Positions 12,552 through 25,205 of a DNA stretch of 56,769 bases are shown here, one piece after another (position 1 is the stretch's first letter; the number at the start of each line of letters is the position of its first letter). The notes beneath the pieces were generated by a model. That model saw only the letters and a program-made list of their open reading frames with translations, did not search any database and had not been told where the DNA came from. This DNA comes from Mesotaenium endlicherianum (taxonomy: Eukaryota). A program made the translations under genes and the position numbers. Where the stretch lies: the NCBI GenBank assembly GCA_009602735.1, contig WELA01001339.1:1-56769 (forward strand), written 5' to 3'.

Positions 12552-13583
12552 ATGGAGTCGCAGCCGGCAGCTGGAGGAGGCGAACATGTCGAGCATGTTG
12601 AGCGCGCGGGGCAGCAGGCAGCACCAACAATGACCAGAGAGCAACAAGAGATGCAGGCGATGCTAAGACAAATGGCAAATGCAATTGGAGGAGAAGTCTA
12701 CACCCAGTTTCAACAAAATATGCGCGCGGAGGTGGAGAGAATGGTGCGAGTTGTTATGGGGAACGCCGCTTCGACGAGTTCGGCACCTGCACCTGTTGTA
12801 CCACCGATTCATGTTAACCCAGTGGTGCAACCAGTTATTCCACCCGCATCAGGAGTGCGTGCGCCTAAGCCTGAAGTTTATACTGGAGAGCGTGGATCGC
12901 CGCCTGTTCATCAATGGATTTTTGGAGTGAAGAAGTTTATGGAGTATTCTGCGCTCACGCCCGACAGGCAAGTCGCCTTTGTCATAACTTTGCTGCAGAA
13001 GAGTGCTGGAGCTTGGTATGAACGAGAAGAGCAGCTGTCTGGAGTTCCTGCTACTGTTGATCAGCTATTTGAAGGCTTGAAGAGGCAATTTCAACCTATT
13101 GCACCCGAGGCTACCGCTCGAGATCTATTGGTGCGCCTTCGTCAACGAGCAAGCGTTCAAGAGTATGTATCGCGCTTCAACGAGCTGGTGCTTCAATGTC
13201 CATCCATGCACGAGTCGGAGATGATGGACAAGTTCAAGAGGGGACTCAAGCCAACTGTGGCCAAGGAAGTGGCGCTCAAGGACCCTACCAGTCTTGGAGA
13301 AATGATGGCATTGGCAACAAGGGTCGACGCTGTGGAGTATAGTCAGAGGCAGTGGGGCAGCCACAACTTTGGAGGATATCGACACTTTGGATCTCAAGCG
13401 CCAAGCACGAGTGTTCAAGGTCCAGTACCCATGGAGTTGGGACTTGTGCAGTACCAGCGCAGGCAGCAGAATTTCAAGCCGAGAGGACCGTGCTATAGTT
13501 GCGGCAAGCTTGGACATCTGGCTCGAGACTGTCATGTGAAGGCGAAGCAACCTCAACAGCAGGAAAAAGGAGGACGCCAGTAA
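12552..13583 (+). CDS. gag: Gag (retrotransposon capsid plus CCHC zinc knuckle)
   Basis: [32 protein letters not shown]. Confidence 0.93.
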   Translation: MESQPAAGGGEHVEHVERAGQQAAPTMTREQQEMQAMLRQMANAIGGEVYTQFQQNMRAEVERMVRVVMGNAASTSSAPAPVVPPIHVNPVVQPVIPPASGVRAPKPEVYTGERGSPPVHQWIFGVKKFMEYSALTPDRQVAFVITLLQKSAGAWYEREEQLSGVPATVDQLFEGLKRQFQPIAPEATARDLLVRLRQRASVQEYVSRFNELVLQCPSMHESEMMDKFKRGLKPTVAKEVALKDPTSLGEMMALATRVDAVEYSQRQWGSHNFGGYRHFGSQAPSTSVQGPVPMELGLVQYQRRQQNFKPRGPCYSCGKLGHLARDCHVKAKQPQQQEKGGRQ

Positions 13584-16500
13584 GTCGTTCTGGGGTGTCT
13601 ACTGGCGTGAAGACGAGAACTCACAAGGAGGTTATCCCCAGGAGCCTGCCGAGAAGCAAAGGACGAGACGTTGACAAGCCTATCATCGTGGAAGGAGTGG
13701 TCGACGGCAACAATGCGAAGTGTATGGTCGACAGTGGCGCAAGTGCAAACTTTGTGCACAAGAAGCTGGTGAAAGAGTGGCGAGTCCCTGTGCAGAAGCA
13801 TTATGAGCCTAAGGAGGCAATTTTGGCAAATGGGCAGAGACTCAAGTGTGGTGCACCTACGGAAGCTATTCACGTGGAAGTAGCGGGGCACCGGAGTAAG
13901 GAAGTTATGGAGCAGGCAGAGTTGGGTCACCATGAGGTGATATTGGGCCGACCATGGCTGAGGAAAGCCAACCCTCAAGTGCACTGGAGCACAGGACAAG
14001 TGAAAGTCCAAGGGCGTGATGGTCGAATGGAGACAGCGAAACAGGTGGAGGTAGATACGACCACAAGTAACTGTCTTCTGTCGAGCCTGCAAGTTAAGAA
14101 GCTATGCAGGGCGAATCAGGTGAAGGAGATGTACCTTGTTTCGGTGGCCCTGGCCAGGTCATCAGATGGAGCAAGCGTGAATCCTAACAGCCTGGGCGAA
14201 TGTACATCGCCGGAGGAGCAAGTAGTGGTGTCTGATCCCCTTGCTCAGAAGGAGCAGAGCCCAACTGCTCAAGAGAAGAAGCCTGCTGAGATGCCTGCCC
14301 AAATTAAGGCGCTGTTGGAGGAGTTCAAGTGCGTATTTCCTGAGGAGCTACCTGCAGGATTACCTCCACAGAGAGCTATGGAGCACAAGATTGAGTTGGA
14401 ACCAGGGAGCAAGCCACCAGTGAGACCCGCCTATCGACAATCGTTTGCGGAGTTGGATGAGTTGAAGAAGCAGCTGACAGAGTTATTGGAGAAGGGATTC
14501 ATCCGACCCAGCGAGTCTCCATTTGCAGCGCCAGTCTTATTTGTGAAGAAGAAGGATGGGACTATGAGGATGTGTGTCGACTACCGGGCACTCAACAAGG
14601 TCACCATCAAGAACAGGTACCCACTTCCACGAGTGGACGAGTTGATTGACAGGCTTGTCGGGGCGAAGTATTTCTCGAAGATCGATTTGAGGAGTGGCTA
14701 TCACCAGGTACGGATTGCGGAAGGAGACGTTCAGAAGACTGCTTTCAGAACTCGCTATGGTTTGTTCGAGTTCACAGTCATGCCTTTTGGATTGACTAAT
14801 GCACCTGCTACATTCATGGGACTCATGAATAGTATCTTCAGACCCTACTTGGACCAGTTTGTGGTGGTATTTTTGGACGACATCCTGATCTATTCGAAGA
14901 CCTTGGAAGAGCATGTGGAGCATCTGAGGAAGGTGTTGGAGGTCTTGAGAGATCAAAAGCTGTATGGGAAGATGAGCAAGTGCGACTTCTGTCTCAAGGA
15001 GGTCGAGTTTCTTGGACACATAGTGGGAGCTGAAGGAGTCAAGGTGGAGCAGAAGAAGGTGCAAGCAGTCAGAGATTGGCCGGTACCTGCTGATATTCAT
15101 CAACTCAGGAGTTTCCTCGGCATGGCGAATTATTATCGACGTTTCATTGAAGGATTTGCCAAGGTGTGTGCACCGCTCACGGACATGTTGAAGAAGCAGG
15201 AGAAGTGGCTATGGGGTGACAAGGAGCAGCAAGCCTTTGAGAAGATTAAGGAGCTGTTGACACAGGCACCTGTGTTGGCAATTGCCAGTCCAGAGCTTCC
15301 TTTCACCATCATCACGGACGCATCAAACTTTGCAGTGGGAGCCATTCTTCTCCAGGACCAGGGCAAAGGATTGCAGCCTGTGGCATATGAGAGCAGGAAG
15401 TTGAGTCCTGCTGAGCAGAACTATGCAGCACACGAGCGGGAGATGTTGGCTATTATCCAGGCTTTGAGGATTTGGCGATGTTATGTGGACGGCCGGAAGG
15501 TGTTCATCAAGACCGACCACAAGAGCTTGGAGAAGTTTATGACGCAGCCAACGTTGACACCAAGACAGGCAAGGTGGATGGAGTTTCTGCAACAGTTCGA
15601 CCACAAGATTGAGTACTTACCTGGGAAGATCAACCCTGCAGACGCTTTATCCAGGAGGTGTGACCTTGCAGCTGTCTCAGTCATCAAGGAGAATATGGAC
15701 TTCAAGGAGAAGCTTCAAAGAGGTTATGAGGAGGACCCACAGTTTGCTGATGGTGGAGCAGCTGAGTTCAACTCGAGTATGCAGAAGAAGGACGGCATAT
15801 GGTATTATGGTGATTCCAAGAGAGTGGTGGTACCTGACATCAAGGAGCTACGAGACTTACTACTTGCGGAGCATCATGACTGCTTATATGCTGGACACTT
15901 TGGAAGCGAGAAGACGGCAAGCGTGCTGAAGCGGGAATACTACTGGAGAAATATGGACAAGGACATCGAGGAGTGGATCAGGAGTTGCGATGCGTGCCAG
16001 AGAAACAAGACACCAAATCAAAAGAAGGGAGGTACATTGCGGCCCCTGCCTATTCCAGAGTATCCTTGGGAGCAGATTGCTATGGACTTCATCACATCGT
16101 TACCAGTCAGTGGTCAAGGGCACGATGCAGTATGGGTAGTGTCTGACAGACTCAGCAAGATGGCTCACTTCATTCCCATGAAGGAGACTTCTACGGCAGC
16201 AGATGTGGCACGGCTATTCTTTGATCATATTTTTAGGCTACATGGGTTGCCGAAGGTGATTGTTTCAGATCGAGATCCAAGGTTTACTAGCAACTTTTGG
16301 CGGTCATTGTTTACTTTGATGGGGACCAAGCTGAGTATGAGCACTTCCTATCACCCTCAGACAGATGGGCAGAGTGAGAGGCTCAACAGAACTCTGCAAG
16401 AGGTGCTCAGGAGTTTCACTATGGAAGACCCTTCAGAGTGGGACAAGAAGCTACCAGGGTTGGAGTTTGCCTACAACAACAGCATGCAGGGATCGACCAA

Positions 16501-17182
16501 GCAGTCACCATTCGCTATGGTTTATGGGAGAGAAGTATATCATCCAGGGAACATCTTGTTGGAGAAGGCCAAGGAGACTCAGGTTCCTACTACACAAGCT
16601 TTTATGGAGCAGATGGCCAAGACTTGGGATATGGCGAAGACGTGTATTCGGAAGGCACAACAAGAGCAGGTCAAGCATGCTAACAAGCACAGGAGGGAAG
16701 TGACATTCCAAGTGGGCGACAAAGTACTCTTGTCCACAGAGAACCTACCTTTCACAGGCAAGAGGAAACTGCGGGCACGGTTTACAGGTCCCTTTGAAGT
16801 GCTCAAGCAGGTGAATCTAGTGACCTACAAGTTGGAACTTCCTCCAGGATGGCGTATCCATGATGTGTTCCATGTCAGTTGTCTACGGCCATACGTTGAC
16901 CCGAATGAAGGACATCCAGGACGACTACCTACACCGCCACCACCGGTCGAGATCGATGATGTATTGGAGTATGAAGTGGAGGCGATTGTCGGCGATCGAC
17001 GAGTCAAGCGAGGTCAACGAGTTGTCCAAGAGTATCTGGTCAAGTGGAAAGGCTACCATGCGGACGACAACACTTGGGAGCCAGAGGCCAACTTGACTCA
17101 TTGTAAGAGTAAGTTGAGACGTTATCTGCAGAATGCGTCGAGGACGTCGCATCTTGAGAAGGGGGATGATGTAAGGTCATAG
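13562..17182 (+). CDS. pol: Pol (PR-RT-RH-IN-chromodomain) in the -1 frame relative to gag; start is approximate (frameshift site)
   Basis: VDSGA, FLDD, ITDAS, HHCC and DDE integrase, [14 protein letters not shown]; no stops. Confidence 0.95.
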   Translation, partial: GKRRTPVSRSGVSTGVKTRTHKEVIPRSLPRSKGRDVDKPIIVEGVVDGNNAKCMVDSGASANFVHKKLVKEWRVPVQKHYEPKEAILANGQRLKCGAPTEAIHVEVAGHRSKEVMEQAELGHHEVILGRPWLRKANPQVHWSTGQVKVQGRDGRMETAKQVEVDTTTSNCLLSSLQVKKLCRANQVKEMYLVSVALARSSDGASVNPNSLGECTSPEEQVVVSDPLAQKEQSPTAQEKKPAEMPAQIKALLEEFKCVFPEELPAGLPPQRAMEHKIELEPGSKPPVRPAYRQSFAELDELKKQLTELLEKGFIRPSESPFAAPVLFVKKKDGTMRMCVDYRALNKVTIKNRYPLPRVDELIDRLVGAKYFSKIDLRSGYHQVRIAEGDVQKTAFRTRYGLFEFTVMPFGLTNAPATFMGLMNSIFRPYLDQFVVVFLDDILIYSKTLEEHVEHLRKVLEVLRDQKLYGKMSKCDFCLKEVEFLGHIVGAEGVKVEQKKVQAVRDWPVPADIHQLRSFLGMANYYRRFIEGFAKVCAPLTDMLKKQEKWLWGDKEQQAFEKIKELLTQAPVLAIASPELPFTIITDASNFAVGAILLQDQGKGLQPVAYESRKLSPAEQNYAAHEREMLAIIQALRIWRCYVDGRKVFIKTDHKSLEKFMTQPTLTPRQARWMEFLQQFDHKIEYLPGKINPADALSRRCDLAAVSVIKENMDFKEKLQRGYEEDPQFADGGAAEFNSSMQKKDGIWYYGDSKRVVVPDIKELRDLLLAEHHDCLYAGHFGSEKTASVLKREYYWRNMDKDIEEWIRSCDACQRNKTPNQKKGGTLRPLPIPEYPWEQIAMDFITSLPVSGQGHDAVWVVSDRLSKMAHFIPMKETSTAADVARLFFDHIFRLHGLPKVIVSDRDPRFTSNFWRSLFTLMGTKLSMSTSYHPQTDGQSERLNRTLQEVLRSFTMEDPSEWDKKLPGLEFAYNNSMQGSTKQSPFAMVYGREVYHPGNILLEKAKETQVPTTQAFMEQMAKTWDMAKTCIRKAQQEQVKHANKHRREVTFQVGDKVLLSTENLPFTGKRKLRARFTGPFEVLKQVNLVTYKLELPPGWRIHDVFHVSCLRPYVDPNEGHPGRLPTPPPPVEIDDVLEYEVEAIVGDRRVKRGQRVVQEYLVKWKGYHADDNTWEPEANLTHCKSKLRRYLQNASRTSHLEKGDDVRS
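17156..17169 (+). promoter_or_regulatory. PPT of B
   Basis: GAGAAGGGGGATGA before the 3' LTR. Confidence 0.85.
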
Positions 17183-17913
17183 GTTTATGAAGTGCATTTT
17201 TGAGTATCATGAAAGTATGTTTTGATTGTATAGTAGTGTAGAGTGCATTTTTGTGGTCATTTTGATATAAAGTTCATCGAATTTGGTCAAGTATTGAGAG
17301 AGTTATGGATTTCCGAAGTTTAATTAGTTTTGAGGTCGGTTGACGACTGTCCTTAATTCGCGGTGAGCGCGACCGTCGGATTGACCGACAGCGTCGAGCG
17401 ATCTGGCCCGTTAGAATGAACTCGAACCTTCACGTAAGTTCGGCTGACGCGGAGTGCCGACTAGGTCGATTTACCTAGAAGTTTCGGTTTAGCCTAGCGC
17501 GTCTAAGATAGAATATTCTAGTAATGTCGATGCATGTATGTGGACGTCAATTCGGCCCGACACGTCAGATTAGACTGATCTGGCTTACTCACGAATATTC
17601 TGGAAGGGACGATTTGACGAACACTTAGGAAAATCCGTAGCTTCCTCCTAGGGAGGAGAACTTAGGCAGAAAATTATAAATAGGCATAACTTCTTTGTTT
17701 CTTATCAGTTTTCACTTCTGTAAATTTCTACGGGTTTGTAATGACAAGGCCTTTCATCCTACATCATTTGTGAGCAGTTTCCTGCTACTCAAAATGTTGA
17801 GTAATTTTCCTAAGCTTTGTTAGTGATATGCCGCTGCACTCTCTAGTATGATGGCAACTAGTTCCTTTCCTCGTGAGTCACTACGCTTCCACTAGGGCAC
17901 TCTGCCCCTTTCA
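17170..17913 (+). repeat. 3' LTR of B
   Basis: Direct repeat of 11771-12514. Confidence 0.96.
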
Positions 17914-18077
17914 ATTGTACTTAGACAATTCAAACCGACACTTCTATCGCTCCACGCAACGTGTCGCACGCGCCGCATCCGGCCACGCGGCGGATTGTTA
18001 CACCCTCTTGAGAGACCACTCCTCTCCGCGAGACGAGCCGCTCCCAATCGCTCACACCCCTTTGCAAGGCGCGAGAG

Positions 18078-19286
18078 GTGACTCCCCTCCACGAGACGCG
18101 CGCCCGCTTCGTCACGCCGCCCTACGACGACAGGGACCGCACACCTCCTTACGACGACACGCGGACCCGCGGGGACACGCCGCCATACGACGACACTCGA
18201 GACCGACGCCGCACTCCGCCCTTCCGGTCCCTCTCAGCTGGCGACGACGCTCAGTCTTCTTCCGAGGCGCATTTCGTGATGCTGGCCCCTACAGCTCCGC
18301 GCGCCAGCGTCCCTCGCAGCCACATCGCTGGCGACGGTCCCTCCGGGTCACCTCCTCCCAAGGTGGCCCGCACCAACAGCAGGCCGCCCAGTCGTCACCC
18401 ATTTACGGCCGCCGCACGTACACGGCTCATGTCTAGTTTCCGGCAGCCCCGGGACGCGCCCATCCCACGAGGGCAGCCCCGGCCGCGAGTCCAGCTGGCC
18501 CCTCGTCGGCTAGTTCGATCCCCGCAGGAGGTCGACAGCTCCGAGCGCTCCGTCTGCACAGTCCCCTCTGCAGACATGCGCGCACGCCAGCGAGCCTACT
18601 TCGACCCGCACCCCTACTTGACTCCGCGTCCCGTTCTCGACCAGCTGGCCCACGCGGCCTTGCACCAGACTGACCGCGACCAACGCGACAGGTGGCAGCT
18701 ATTGTGCGTGGTCTCAGCCCGACGTCAGGCCCGCGCTGTCTCTCCCACAGCCCTGCAGGATGCGCGCCTACGGTGGCGCACCTATCAGGACCACGCACGG
18801 GGGGAGCGTCCGCAGCCGCTCACTGACCGCATCCCCAACCTTACGCGTGACTACGCAGACCGTGCGGTGGCCGCCCTCCGCATGGCGCCACATCAGCACA
18901 GCGCCGAGCGTACCTTCCCGCCGCCCGCTCAGCCCGGCACCCCTGCCGTGGGGTGTCGCCCACTTTCGACTCCTATCTGCGCAGACGCTCTGGATGAGCG
19001 GCCTGGCGGCATCGTCCTCGTCGAGCTCTTCGCCGGCATCGCCACCGGGTTACTCGCGACCTTACAGGCCGGCATCCCGGTGCGCCGCTACGTCTACGTG
19101 GATCCCGATCCTGAGGCCCAGCAGGTGGCCCGTCGGCAGATGGCGTTGGGCCACGAGCGGTTCCCTGACCTCCTTCTCGCGCACGCATTCCGCCGCGCTC
19201 AGACAGACTGGCCCATGGACATCCGCAACATCACCGTCGAGCATGTCACCCGACTTGGACCCATATATATACGTGTTTGTATTTGA
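18078..19286 (+). pseudogene. GC-rich retroelement ORF ending in a truncated DNMT3/DRM-like C5 cytosine methyltransferase N-terminus
   Basis: IVLVELFAGI (motif I, FxGxG-like), YVYVDPD (motif II), DIRNIT..LGPI (motif III). Breaks at ~19265 before the catalytic PC motif. TPPYDD repeats at 18114-18194. Confidence 0.7.
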
Positions 19287-20085
19287 TTCTTCTACCAATA
19301 ATGTACATCATCTTTTTGCTCTTGTTTTGTGCCTGAAGAGGTCATGCGTACCTAAGCTATGAATGGCATCAATAATAGAGGTCTCTTAGCAACTTTTGTT
19401 GCAATGATGAAAGCAATGTCTTAGACTAGACGTGTTCAAAAGATTCAATTTACGTACCAATAACAATGGAGAAATATGTGCAATATTCTGATCGGTAAGT
19501 GTGTACTAATCAGAGTGGACACTTCCAAATTGAACACTTGGAAAAAAGATAATCATTGAAGTCCAACCCAAAATATCACTAAAAGCACAATGTGTGACTT
19601 TCTTAGAGTAGTCATTGCAAGAATGGTAAGTTTATGACATTTCTCATCACAAAATAGATCTTCAAATGACACAATATTGGCATTAGAGAGAACAGATCCA
19701 AGTGATCTTAAAAACACCATATGAAATTCAGAACGGCATATTGTGGACATTTATATGTAATTTTGTACTTCTTTAGCGCGTTCTGCGTCGGATTTGTTGT
19801 GATTACCTTCCATTTTGCATATATTATATAGGCCTGTTGTCCATCCTCTCCAAAAATTTTGGCCCAATCAGAGTTGTAATCTAAGAGATATTCAAATTTT
19901 TTTAGTGAAATATGTATTTTTGTTCACGAAGCCGAAATACACTTTTTGTTAGAGATTTTGCATGTCATTGTGCAGGGCACCATGGCTTCCATATATGCCT
20001 AAATGCACTCAAACTTCATCCACCCAGCCATGATCCTATGATGAACCTGTGAAATTGGGAAAGATTTTTTTTTTAACAAGTCCTA

Positions 20086-20520
20086 TTGGTGAAAGATCAA
20101 CGAAAGTTGATTGTGGGCGAGCAAACATGCCCAGCTAAGTTCTTCCAAGACGGTGACTACAAGTTCAACAATGGATTGTATGGGTTGTGTGGTGCCAATT
20201 CATCATATCCATGCTTGTGGTGCCAAATCACCATTGAAGAAAGAAAGCACAAGGGCGATGTTGGCACGTTTCGCACGCTGGCTGGAATGCGCAATGCTGC
20301 GCATGTCTCTCGTCCTTTTCTCACACATGTGCCTATTGCAGCAAACACTTTGAGAATGAGTCAGAGGTGAAAGCTGACAAGATGAAAATAACACGTGGCA
20401 GGCCTAACAAAGAGAGCCCCACCGCTAGTCTAGCATATTAGATCACACATAGGGGCCAGAGACACAAGGCGCCCCCGTTCTTTGACATTCCTTGCGAGAA
20501 TTGTGTGCCTTGCATACTAA
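20086..20520 (+). pseudogene. Relic of a RAG1/Transib/Chapaev-like DDE transposase
   Basis: GDYKF..LYGLCGANSSYPCLWC...RTL, then in another frame PFFDIPCENCVPCIL; resembles the second catalytic D plus CxxC and pre-His zinc motifs. Confidence 0.5.
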
Positions 20521-22905
20521 CAGCGACCTTGTTTGAAAGATCACTTCATGCACATCTAGAAGGAGGTGAAGGCAAAGAGTTAGTCTTTTTAGCATCTTGA
20601 AAAAAGGAGCCATTCTCAAGAATGTTACAGTGGAGCAGGTAAAAGTCTTGAAAACAGAAATTAAAGAAAGTGCAGGGAAAGCCCACTTTCATAAGAAGAG
20701 AGTGTCGGGGGCTGATTGAGCAAGCGAAGAAGCTTGCGAACTTTTTATTTGCCAAAAGATTTTGCAAAAAAGTCTCGAGTTATACAAGCATGGACAAGTT
20801 TCAGCAAGGCAGCTCAGACAGTGCAAAACGAGGTGTGCCAACAATATATGTCAGCGATGCTTCCAAAATTGAGAGAGAAAGGCAGGGCAAAGTATTGGAT
20901 ATATTTAGTATATTATACAGCATACATGACTAGCATACTCATGGTGTGAAATACATGTTGTGTAATGTTTTTGCTTCTTTGAGAGGATCTTTCCTCGATA
21001 TTCGAGAATAATTTGATACTTACTAGAAAGAACATAGCAATAATTTTTAACTATTAACAATTCTACTAATTTTATTGGAAATTGTACACAGAAATTGTAT
21101 ATATTCGATGTATTCTACATAATTTTCAACAATTAACAATTCTCAAAAAAGCGAAAAAGAAAACAACAGTAGAATGTGTGCTTGTGAGAGTTGCACTCAC
21201 AATGACTCTTGCAAGTACATATACTTGTCAACGTGAGGCACTGGAGTGCTTCGAGTCACCACCGAGAACACCGGTTCATATTCAACAAAAACGGTCAAAA
21301 GGGGATAATCTGTTCGGCCGAATACTCGAAATACGTCGTTTGGCAGTTTGGAGATTTCTTGACGGTTTCCGAAAAATCGTTTCACGCCAATCGGACGTTT
21401 CCGTGATCATGCGACTTTTTGAAAAGTTGCGATTGCTCGCGTGGTCGCGTACAGATTCATTCGACATGAACTGGTACTTTTTAATAACTATGTCGCCATT
21501 CGGTTAGGTGTGAAGCAATCAAACGAAGAATCAAGGGGTCAAATCCTCATGGATGCAAAGCGACTTTGCATATTTTGTTTCGTTTGACTTTTCAACTGTT
21601 CGCAGAATTGCGACACGTCAACCGGGAGGTTGCTAGTTCGATTTCGATCGGTGGCTCCCTTAGGCCACTTCAAAGGTGTTTTATTTCGGATTAATGATCG
21701 TTGTTAACCGAAAACAATGACAGTCATTATCCAAAATAGTGAAAGTCAAAATAAATCAATTAATCACCGATTAACTAATTTATTTTTTTCATAATTAATC
21801 AAGCTAACGTTATGATTAACAATGTCGTACTATTGAAAAGTAATCGAGCTACTTTACAATGCTTTTTGCAATAGCAACTTGGTCGTGTCGCCAATCGACC
21901 GAGAATTAGTCGGCACACGTGTGTGTGGATTAATTCATCAAAGATGCAATCGATACATAGTATAATTTTTTTTAAGTAATCAGGAAAACGTCCTAAATAC
22001 GCCAAAAAAGCTCAGATCGTTACATGTGGGATACAAACGTGTACGGGGCTAATATGAGGCTCCATAGAGGACTTGTTCACATGCCTAAAAGCATGACTTC
22101 CGTTGCATGCTCTGATATGTTTGAACTTTGTGCATTATCACTCAAATAGATTTCTTTTCTGTCAACAACTTGCAACTTCAAACTTGCAGGCACTTGCAAA
22201 TGTGCATAATTTACTTGTTTTGCCTTCAACATAGCTCTTACTTTTAACATAATTCTACAATCTTCCTTGTTAGCAATTTGTATTGCTGTCAAAACTCTAG
22301 GAATGGCAATTGGAGGCTCATTATTTCTTGCCATAGCCTCACCAAGAGCTTGGATGGACGTGGCACAAGCAACCTCTATTGCACGAGCTGCCTCTTGTGT
22401 CGGTCTATATGTACGCTCTCTCCTAGCTTTCTCTGTAGCAACTCTCTCTTCTACCATCTTTATACTAGCCTGTCTTTCCAACCTTCAAGCTTCTAACTTG
22501 ACTTCCTCAACTTTTACCCCTCCCTGTTGAACATTGAGGGTAATCAGCCATCATGAACTAAATATGGCTCTTACACTGGATGTTATGATGAGCTCTTTAT
22601 TTTTCTCTATCATAGTATTGATCAGGTGCAATGATTACATCGCCAACTCGATTAAGAATTGCTAATGAGAACTTAAAGGACAGGTCCACCTCCCCTGTAA
22701 CACTCTCATCCTGGTTCATACAAAAAGCTGGAATAAATATATTATGTATAAATGAATACTATACTACCATAATATTGATTCATTACAATCCCTCCAACCT
22801 AAATTATTGTCGTCTCGACAACACTAAGCACTCATTTAAATAACAACAAAGTAATAATTACAACAAGCTGACAAAAGCATGCAACACACCAGACTACTGA
22901 CACAC

Positions 22906-23631
22906 TGTGATGAATCAATATATTGACAGGTATAATATTCATTTAAATATAATAGTTAATTAAGTTCAGCCAGCTGAAGTTTAGTTAATATTAAGTCTCC
23001 TGAACTTTTAGTATCATTCAGTATAATGACTCAGCCGAGAGCAGCAGGCTGAAGTCTACTATTGGTCAGCTTGCTGACACATTCTTTGACGGTCAGCTGA
23101 TTGTCGTACTTGATATCAGTGAATTGCCTAGTTATGCATTTTAAGTGTGATATGCTAGATGAGTGGCCAGATGACACCCTTGAGGTGGATGGCAATTTGG
23201 GATGATGGGAGATGACTGTGGATTTGGTTAACCGAGGTCCTACCGACGTGGTTAACTCCCGGGTAGGCGGTGCCATCGCACTTGCCGTTGAAAATTAAAC
23301 TCATTCCATATACATAGGTTAGGTAATGCTCTCGAGTTTGGCATTTGAAAACGCGGCCAACTCTCTGTGTGCAACTTACTGAGAGACATCTGAATTGAAG
23401 GCAAGAAGCCATTGGTAGAACTGTCTTGTAACCTTGCTTATATATAAGTTTATTGATTACATGATTGTGGCTCGATCCTTTACTTGCATTTGACTTATAG
23501 GTATTGCAATGCTAGTTGTGGAGTCTTTTGCTGATTAATAAGTTAACCAAAAACCACCATACACATTGTTCGTTGATAATGAAGGTCTTTTATTAATTGT
23601 TTATTGCCTATTGGTAAGTCGAGTCATTTCA
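22906..23631 (+). repeat. Divergent family-A solo LTR
   Basis: TGTGATGAATC...TCATTTCA, TSD CACAC on both sides. Confidence 0.9.
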
Positions 23632-23639
23632 CACACTCA

Positions 23640-24874
23640 TGTAAGTTACGTCTCTGGGGCTCTATCTTCTGGGCGACCATACCTAAACCTGGACCCTATC
23701 CTCCTATCAGGTGACTTCTGAACCCCTCAGGCTCAGCTCAAGATGGGCCCATGGGAGAGCGCAGGCTTTGGGCAGCCTTCTCTTGCACAATTTGCAAGTT
23801 AGTGGAAGCTGCTCGTTCTTGGGCACTCCGCAAATTGACAGGAACAAGTATAGGATTCTCGGAAGGGTGCTGCATGACATGGGATAAGGGCACATATCCC
23901 CGGTGGGGGGTGATGTTGGCATCCCTTTTGCCGCTTTCCTAGCAGCCCTCTTGCTGGCCCTATCTGCCTGAGTATCAGCCCCAATGTTGGAGTCTGCCTG
24001 CTGAAGCTCCCCAGCCAAGTGACGTCCCCTTCTCCAACTGCCTGTTGGCTGGTCTTTTCTAGCTGCTTCAAGGCCCTTTTTGCGAAAGACAATCCATTCT
24101 TTTATAGAATAGGAAATTTTGAAGATGTCTGGGTCCCGGCAGGACTGGACTCCGTTCCTGTGTCCCGCTCCTCTTCATCCTCCTGCTCTTCGGAGACTGC
24201 TGGTGTTGACTCTGCCATCCTGTCCAGTTGGACCTTGGGTAGAGAATAGTCAAGTGACTTCCCTTCCTAGCTTTGGGTGGGGGCTGTTGGGTTCTGATTG
24301 TGCTCTGGTCCTTCTCCCCTTGCTCGCCTGCCCATTTCACATAAGCATAATTACCCTTAGAGAAAGAGTGCCGGGCCCTAGTCCTCTTATCCTTCATCTC
24401 TCCACTCAAGCACCTCCTTAGCCCATCCAGTCTAGGGTGCAATGTGAGGAGGTAGGGAGATTGCCGTCTAGCGTGGGGTCAAAGTCGTCCTCCACAGCCT
24501 CGTCATTTTCCTAGTCATCGATGTTCATGGTCATCCAGCGCCAATCTGTAGGCTGCTTTAAGAAAGCAGCATCTGTTCTCTGCAGGGGTACAAGTGGTAC
24601 GAGTGATACGAGTGTGCAAGGGTACAAGTGGGCTGAGAACATCTGCTGACTGTTCTTCCTGGCCAAGAATTGCCAGCTCCTCCTCTCTACCTCATTATAC
24701 ATAAGCTTGAACGTGTGATAGGATGTTACATGTCTGAAGCTATCCGGTAGCATCAGAATCATCCTGATGACTCTGTAAGATCCTACTATTCTCGATTTTG
24801 GTACTAGTGGGTCTTCAGGCTGTATGGCCAGGGCCTTGGCTTCCTTGGTTGTATACCCTACCATCCTGGCATAG
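23640..24874 (-). pseudogene. ORF3 of copy D, 3' part (left boundary approximate)
   Basis: YARMVGYT, YNEVERRSWQFLAR, QPTDWRWMT, PRLDG motifs with stops and frameshifts. Confidence 0.85.
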
Positions 24875-25205
24875 CCTAGTTTGAAAATACAAATACTGCT
24901 TGTACGGATACGTGTATAGGGGCGTGTCAAAATTGTACCTTAAATACGCCAAAATACGCCAAGCGTATGAACTTAGTATTAAATTCTTTGCGACTTAACT
25001 TTTGAAAACTTTGAAAATTTTAAATCTCATCGACCACGTTAGGTGGAGAATGACGGGCACGTCAAGAATAGATGGTCAAAAAATTTATGTCAACCATCCG
25101 CCTGTAGAAGGGAAAATCTTATTTTGGTGTTGAATAAAAAAAAGGACAAATTTTTTTTTAAAATTTTTTTGATACGAATACGTCACAATACGAAGTATTG
25201 GTACG

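Larger units (their letters stand above)
11771..17913 (+). mobile_element. Intact young Ty3/gypsy chromovirus, family B
   Basis: 744-bp LTRs, perfect TSD ATTGT (11766-11770 / 17914-17918), PBS, PPT, open gag and pol. Confidence 0.97.

Noticed and set aside
13553..17152. Many 60-190 aa antisense or alternate-frame ORFs over pol genes
   Set aside because: Shadow ORFs from codon bias; no motifs and not shared between families
18114..18194. Short spaced repeats resembling a CRISPR-like array
   Set aside because: In-frame coding repeats (TPPYDD) with synonymous variation; no cas genes and eukaryotic context
21500..21660. tRNA B-box-like motifs (GGTCAAATCC, GTTCGATT)
   Set aside because: No cloverleaf or acceptor stem could be formed; at most decayed tRNA-derived sequence
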